Assembly (NCBI GenBank): GCA_033551855.1
Contig: JAWSUI010000015.1
Span: 13,337-77,336 of the forward strand
DNA length: 64,000 nucleotides
DNA from: Deferrisomatales bacterium
Lineage (GTDB): Bacteria > Desulfobacterota > Deferrisomatia > Deferrisomatales > JACRMM01
Direction: 5' to 3'
Within the stretch, counting starts at the first letter, position 1. Each line of letters begins with the position of its first letter. Both the position numbers and the translations under genes were made by a program. Positions 59,462 to 64,000 of this stretch are shown piece by piece. Below the pieces are notes generated by a model, which worked only from the letters and a program-made list of their open reading frames with translations, did not search any database and had not been told where the DNA came from.

Positions 59462-59748
59462 GCCGGCGCATCCGGTTCCAGTTCCGGCTCTATGTCGCAG
59501 GCGACGCACTGAACTCTGCACAGGCCGTCGCCAACCTCGAAGCATTTTGCCGGACACACCTGCCGGATCGACACGAAATCGAAATCGTGGATGTGTTTCA
59601 GGAACCGAAGCGCGCGCTGGCGGACAGCATCTTCCTGACCCCGACTCTGGTCCTGTTCGCGCCGCTCCCCGCCCGAAAAATCGTCGGCACACTCAGCCGG
59701 GCGCAGCTCCTGCTGCAGTGTGTGGGATGGGAAGCCCTCGCCGCATGA
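59458..59748 (+). CDS. kaiB: KaiB homologue
   Basis: RLYVAG...NS..A..NL...C, IVDV...P..A....I..TPTLV...P.P.RKIVG.LS. Overlaps the kaiC stop. Confidence 0.92.
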   Translation: MSRRIRFQFRLYVAGDALNSAQAVANLEAFCRTHLPDRHEIEIVDVFQEPKRALADSIFLTPTLVLFAPLPARKIVGTLSRAQLLLQCVGWEALAA

Positions 59749-62162
59749 ACCGCATGAACCGGAAAGAGCCACCACCCGCGTCCGACGCGAACGAGGAAGT
59801 CGCCGCGTTGATCGAGACGCTGCACCAGGCCGAACGACGCCTGGAGGAGCTGACGGCGGGCGAGGTGGATACGGTGGCCGACCGTGAAGGCCGGACGATG
59901 TTGTTGCGCCGGTCCCAGGACCACTTGCGTCACCACGAGGCCGCCAAGCAGGCAGCCGTCCTCAACGCACTGCCCGCGCATGTCGCCCTCCTGGACGCCC
60001 AGGGGCACATCTCCTCAGTGAACGAGGCGTGGCAGCGATTTGCCGTTGCGAATGCGCTGCGGGGTCCGGCCTACGGGATCGGCCTCAATTACCTGGATAT
60101 TTGCGACAGGGCTCGGGGCGGCGACGCTTCCGAGGCACATCGGGCCGCCGCCGGCATCCGTTCGGTCCTGAGCGGCGAGCTGGGGACGTTCTCGATGGAA
60201 TATCCCTGTCACTCGCCAACGGAAAGGCGCTGGTTCCTGATGACGGCGTCCCCAATGGCCGCTGTCCGTCCCCATGGCGTCGTCGTCATGCACGTGGACA
60301 TCACCGATCGCAAGGAGGCGGAGGACAGGGTCGGATCCCTCAACCGCGTCTATTGCGTCCTGAGCGGCATCAACGCGCTGATCGTGCGCGTGTGCGATCG
60401 AGACGAGCTCTTCAGGGAGGCGTGCCAGATCGTGGTCGAAGCGGGCGGGCTCCGCATGGCGTGGATCGGTATCGTGGACCCGGTTTCGACGAGGATCGTC
60501 CCCGTCGCCTCCGCAGGCGTGGGCGAAGAGCTCGTGACCTTGCTCAAGGAGCGCTATGCATCGACCGAAGATGCGCCGCCCGGGATGCCCTTGACCTCGC
60601 GGGCGTTCAGGGAAAAAAGAGCCGTCGTGATCAATGATCTGCAATCCAGCCCGGCGGTCGAGCTCGGCAAGGAGCTCACCGAGCTCGGAATGTGCTCCCT
60701 GGCAATCTTGCCGCTGCTCGTCCCGGGTGGAGCGGTAGGCGTGTTCGTGCTGTACGCCGGCGAGAGTGAATTTTTCCACGAAGAGGAGGTAAAGCTGCTG
60801 ATGGATCTGGCCGGCGACGTCGGATTCGCGGTCGACCACATCGCCAAGCAGGAGCGGCTCGATTACCTCGCCTACTACGACGCGCTCACCGGGCTGGCCA
60901 ACCGCAGCCTATTTCTCGAGCGGGTGGCGCAGTTCATGCGCGGCGCTGCCACCGGCGGGTACAAGGTGGCTTTGTTCCTGATCGATCTTAAGCGGTTCAA
61001 GAACATCAACGACAGCCTCGGACGGTCGGCCGGCGACGCGCTCCTGAGGCAGGTGGCGGAGTGGCTGACCCGCATCGCGGGGGATGCCAACCTTTTGGCG
61101 CGTGTGGGCGCGGATCATTTTGCCGCGGCGCTGCCGGAAGCCAGGCAGGAAGGCGCCGTGGCCCGGTTTCTCGAGAAGACGATGAAATCCTTTGTCGGGC
61201 ATCCGTTCCGACTGGACGACACCGTGGTGCAGGTCGGCGTCCAGGTCGGCGTGGCGCTGTTTCCGGAGGATGGCACAGACGCCGCCGGCTTGTTCGGACA
61301 CGCCGAGGCCGCGCTGAAGACGGCGAAGGCCAGGGGCGATCGATACCTGTTTTACAGGCGGGAAATGACCAAATCGGTGGCCGGCAAGCTCACCCTGGAG
61401 AACCAACTGCGCCGGGCGCTCGACAATGGACAATTCGTGCTCCATTACCAGCCCAAGGTGAATCTCACGAGCGGCAAGCTCAACGGCGCCGAGGCGCTGA
61501 TCCGTTGGAATCATCCGCGCAAGGGCCTGGTGCGGCCGGGCGAGTTCGTACCGATCCTGGAAGAAATCGGTTTGATCTTCGAAGTGGGGCGCTGGGCGCT
61601 GCACAAGGCCATCGAAGACTCACTGCGCTGGAGCGGCGCGGGCCTGGCCGCCGTGCGCATCTCGGTGAACGTGTCTCCGCTGCAGCTGCGCCAGCGCGAC
61701 TTCATCGCCGAGATCAAGCGGGCCCTCGGCAGCGACGCGCAGGCGGCAGCGGGACTGGAACTGGAAATCACCGAAAGCCTGATCATGGAGGACGTCCGGC
61801 ACAACGTCGCCCGCTTGCGAGCCATCCGCGCCCTGGGCGTAAGCATAGCCATCGACGACTTCGGCACCGGGTTCTCCTCGCTCAGCTACCTCTCCAAACT
61901 GCCGGTGGACACACTGAAGATCGACCGCTCGTTCGTGACCGACATGACGGCCAGGCCGGAGGGCCTGGCGCTGGTGTCGGCCATCATCAACCTGGCGCAT
62001 TCGCTGAAGCTCGACGTGGTGGCGGAGGGCGTCGAGACCGAGGAGCAGGTGGGCCTGCTTCGGTTGCTGAACTGCGACACCATGCAGGGCTACCTGTTCA
62101 GCAAACCGGTCCCCGGAGAGATCTTCGAAGCAAGATTTCTGTCCGCGCCTCCCGGCGGGTGA
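59745..62162 (+). CDS. PAS-GAF-GGDEF(degenerate)-EAL protein, probable c-di-GMP phosphodiesterase
   Basis: PAS (EYPCHSP..RWF...HVDIT), GAF, YD.LTGLANR, GADHF, AEALIRW, LEITES, DDFGTGFSSL, AEGVET, QGYLFS. Confidence 0.92.
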   Translation: MNRMNRKEPPPASDANEEVAALIETLHQAERRLEELTAGEVDTVADREGRTMLLRRSQDHLRHHEAAKQAAVLNALPAHVALLDAQGHISSVNEAWQRFAVANALRGPAYGIGLNYLDICDRARGGDASEAHRAAAGIRSVLSGELGTFSMEYPCHSPTERRWFLMTASPMAAVRPHGVVVMHVDITDRKEAEDRVGSLNRVYCVLSGINALIVRVCDRDELFREACQIVVEAGGLRMAWIGIVDPVSTRIVPVASAGVGEELVTLLKERYASTEDAPPGMPLTSRAFREKRAVVINDLQSSPAVELGKELTELGMCSLAILPLLVPGGAVGVFVLYAGESEFFHEEEVKLLMDLAGDVGFAVDHIAKQERLDYLAYYDALTGLANRSLFLERVAQFMRGAATGGYKVALFLIDLKRFKNINDSLGRSAGDALLRQVAEWLTRIAGDANLLARVGADHFAAALPEARQEGAVARFLEKTMKSFVGHPFRLDDTVVQVGVQVGVALFPEDGTDAAGLFGHAEAALKTAKARGDRYLFYRREMTKSVAGKLTLENQLRRALDNGQFVLHYQPKVNLTSGKLNGAEALIRWNHPRKGLVRPGEFVPILEEIGLIFEVGRWALHKAIEDSLRWSGAGLAAVRISVNVSPLQLRQRDFIAEIKRALGSDAQAAAGLELEITESLIMEDVRHNVARLRAIRALGVSIAIDDFGTGFSSLSYLSKLPVDTLKIDRSFVTDMTARPEGLALVSAIINLAHSLKLDVVAEGVETEEQVGLLRLLNCDTMQGYLFSKPVPGEIFEARFLSAPPGG

Positions 62163-62197
62163 CGATTGAGGACGAAGATGCTGACCGCGGTCGGCAG

Positions 62198-62898
62198 ATA
62201 GCTCGTGTCCGTCCGGAAAAGCCTGTTTTCGGCAAGAAGGCGCCTTGGTGAGATCGCATGAGGTCTACGTCTCAACCCTCCGTGGGCAGGGCAACCGGCT
62301 TACCGGTTCACAGTTCGGGTTTTGTGTGTCAAGTTTTCCGTCAAGCTTTGTGGGGTGGACGCACTCCTCCCTGGAAGTGGGCGTCGTTGGCGCGGCTCTA
62401 ATCCGCGGCCAGCCGGATTCTCGCCATGGTGAACAACTTGTGCGACACCACGATGCTCCAGACATAGCGCTGAAAGTGCTCCCAACCGGACCAGGTGCAC
62501 CGGCCCATGCCGAAGGCTCGCTTGAGCGCCGAGATCGTCGACTCGATACCGGCGCGAAACCGCTTGAGCTTTCGATAGATCCAGGTGCTGCGCACCATGT
62601 CGGAGATGGCGATCCCCCGTCTCTTGGCAAGGCAGCAATCCTGGACGCCTTGTGCCTTGGTCCACTGAAGGTTCTCCTTGGACGCGAAGCCCCCGTCGGC
62701 GCTCACCTGCCGAGGGGCGCGGCCGTGGATCTCGACGTGACGCTCCAGCATGGGGCGAAACAGATCCGAGTCCGCAGGGTTTCCCTTCTCCACACGCACG
62801 TCCAGCACCAGGTTGGAAGCCCCGCCGGCCAGGCAGATCTTGTGCCCGTAGTGGGTCCCCCGGCGATCCTTCACGATGATGTCCGTGTGCTCCTCGAA
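62198..62898 (-). mobile_element. ISNCY/IS5-like DDE transposase C-terminal fragment with element end
   Basis: FEEHTDII.K.RR.T.YGHK, GNPAD, ADGGFAS, FRAGIE..IS.LKR.FG..RC.W.G. 5' part displaced by the RAYT unit. Confidence 0.75.
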
Positions 62899-62942
62899 CC
62901 CTAGAGGTGTCAGACCTACGAACCCTAGAGGTGTCAGACCTA
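62895..62942 (+). repeat. 24-bp tandem duplication at the RAYT element end
   Basis: CGAACCCTAGAGGTGTCAGACCTA x2. Confidence 0.9.
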
Positions 62943-63992
62943 CACAATTCACTTCTCGAGCGCCCGCCTGGCTCGGTCAACCGCTTCGGCGAGCTCGGTG
63001 GAGCGCGAGATCTCCTCCGCCGCTCGCCTGCTGGCCTGGGTCACCCCGGAAAGCCCAACGCCGAACGCCTCTCCAATCTCCCGGAGGCGACGACCGCTCA
63101 TCCGGTGGCAAAGGTATAATGCCACTCGCCGTGACAGTCGCGGATCGACCCCAAGCTCCTCTTGCGCTGCCTGCCGGATGGCCTCAATCGACGGCCAGTC
63201 CGCAAGAGACCGCAGAGCTGCCAGATCCCTGTCCGCCGGCTTCTCTTTGAGAAACTGCTCCTTCACCCACTCCACGAACCCGGCGCTTCCCAGAAGCGTC
63301 GAGGCCACGACCTCTTCCAATGGGTTCGCGCACTCTCGCCCCAGTGCCGCCTCCACAAACCTGCGGTAGGTCTCCTCCGCATCCCGGGACGCGGCACCGA
63401 AATCCCCCAACACCACGTTTCGACAAAGCCACTCGGGCGGCTCCGCGGTGCCAATGTATGCCGGATAGCTCGACCACCGGTACGCCTCCGGTCGGTCCAC
63501 CATCTGCGCTCGCACTGGGTTTAGGTGAATGTAACGCGACAACTCCAGACCGTATTCACCCCGTTCCACCAAGATGGCTTTGTACCGGCCTTGGAGCAAG
63601 TGCCCGCAGCGCCGCCGCTTCGTGTTGAAGTAGTTCGTGTACGCTCCGTTGACGTGTCGCATGATCTCTGAGAGGTTGCCGAGCGGCGTCTCCACCAGCG
63701 CGTGATAGTGGTTCGTCATCAGGCAGTAGGCATGGAAGCGCGCTCCGTACCGAACGGTCGCCGACTCGAGGTACTCCAGGAACTTCCCCCGATCGCGCTG
63801 GCTCTTGAACAGCTCTCGTTTCTCGTTGCCACGCGACGTGACATGGTAAAATGCCCCGGGATACTCGATACGAAGCGGCCTTCCCATCGACCTTTCCCTT
63901 TCCCTTCCACTCCCCTCGAACTTCCTGCGGAATCTGCCGTCGCCCTTCGTCAGTCTACCTCCAAACGTGAATTGTGTAGGTCTGACACCTCT
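62927..63992. mobile_element. RAYT/IS200-like element bounded by perfect 26-bp inverted repeats
   Basis: AGAGGTGTCAGACCTACACAATTCAC (62927-62952) and its exact reverse complement (63967-63992). Confidence 0.85.
62949..63887 (-). CDS. REP-associated tyrosine (HUH/Y1) transposase with C-terminal HTH
   Basis: R.LR...PGA.YHVTSRGN, YCLMTNHYH (HUH), RYIHLNPVRA, YRWSSY; C-terminal L.EIGEAFG HTH. Confidence 0.92.
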   Translation of the reverse strand: MGRPLRIEYPGAFYHVTSRGNEKRELFKSQRDRGKFLEYLESATVRYGARFHAYCLMTNHYHALVETPLGNLSEIMRHVNGAYTNYFNTKRRRCGHLLQGRYKAILVERGEYGLELSRYIHLNPVRAQMVDRPEAYRWSSYPAYIGTAEPPEWLCRNVVLGDFGAASRDAEETYRRFVEAALGRECANPLEEVVASTLLGSAGFVEWVKEQFLKEKPADRDLAALRSLADWPSIEAIRQAAQEELGVDPRLSRRVALYLCHRMSGRRLREIGEAFGVGLSGVTQASRRAAEEISRSTELAEAVDRARRALEK

Positions 63993-64000
63993 GCCTCTCG

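Noticed and set aside
59741..59760. 9-bp duplication CCGCATGAA at the kaiB/EAL junction
   Set aside because: It is in frame and only gives alternative starts; no evidence of an insertion.
62895..62952. CRISPR array
   Set aside because: Two abutting 24-bp copies with no spacers and no cas genes.

Overview
High-GC bacterial window, tentatively from an anaerobic Deltaproteobacteria/Desulfobacterota-like organism (inferred from gene content and a Geobacter-type TrpD insertion). It has four parts. (1) 1-21.6 kb: an intact divergent catabolic cluster. Leftward: class III CoA-transferase, acyl-CoA dehydrogenase, FixABCX, a split B12 acyl-CoA mutase and hydantoinase A/B. Rightward: a 4-hydroxybenzoyl-CoA-reductase-like molybdoenzyme, an epimerase-like VOC protein, CoxD/XdhC/CoxE and TrpB2, followed by a convergent degenerate TrpD. 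The gene set resembles the anaerobic indole-3-acetate (iaa) pathway, and several enzymes have altered active-site motifs. (2) 21.9-29.9 kb: accessory genes (META lipoprotein, fused AbrB-PIN TA remnant, enoyl-CoA hydratase, PolX-HhH protein, membrane TolB-like/TPR protein, WYL regulator, IS30 remnant). (3) 30-57.5 kb: a decaying stress/hypoxia island resembling the DosR regulon (pfkB, split otsB1, S2P-CBS, pncB, ftsH, gpmA, pfpI, sdhAB). It contains about 10 pseudogenes or fragments, two MITEs, a recurring 19-bp promoter motif, a broken NarL-family regulator and two tandem Cys-rich mini-proteins. (4) 57.6-64 kb: a kaiC-kaiB-PAS/GAF/GGDEF/EAL cassette between IS remnants, then a RAYT-type HUH transposase with 26-bp inverted repeats. 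No rRNA, tRNA or CRISPR array was seen. All calls come from motif recognition by eye; no database search was run.
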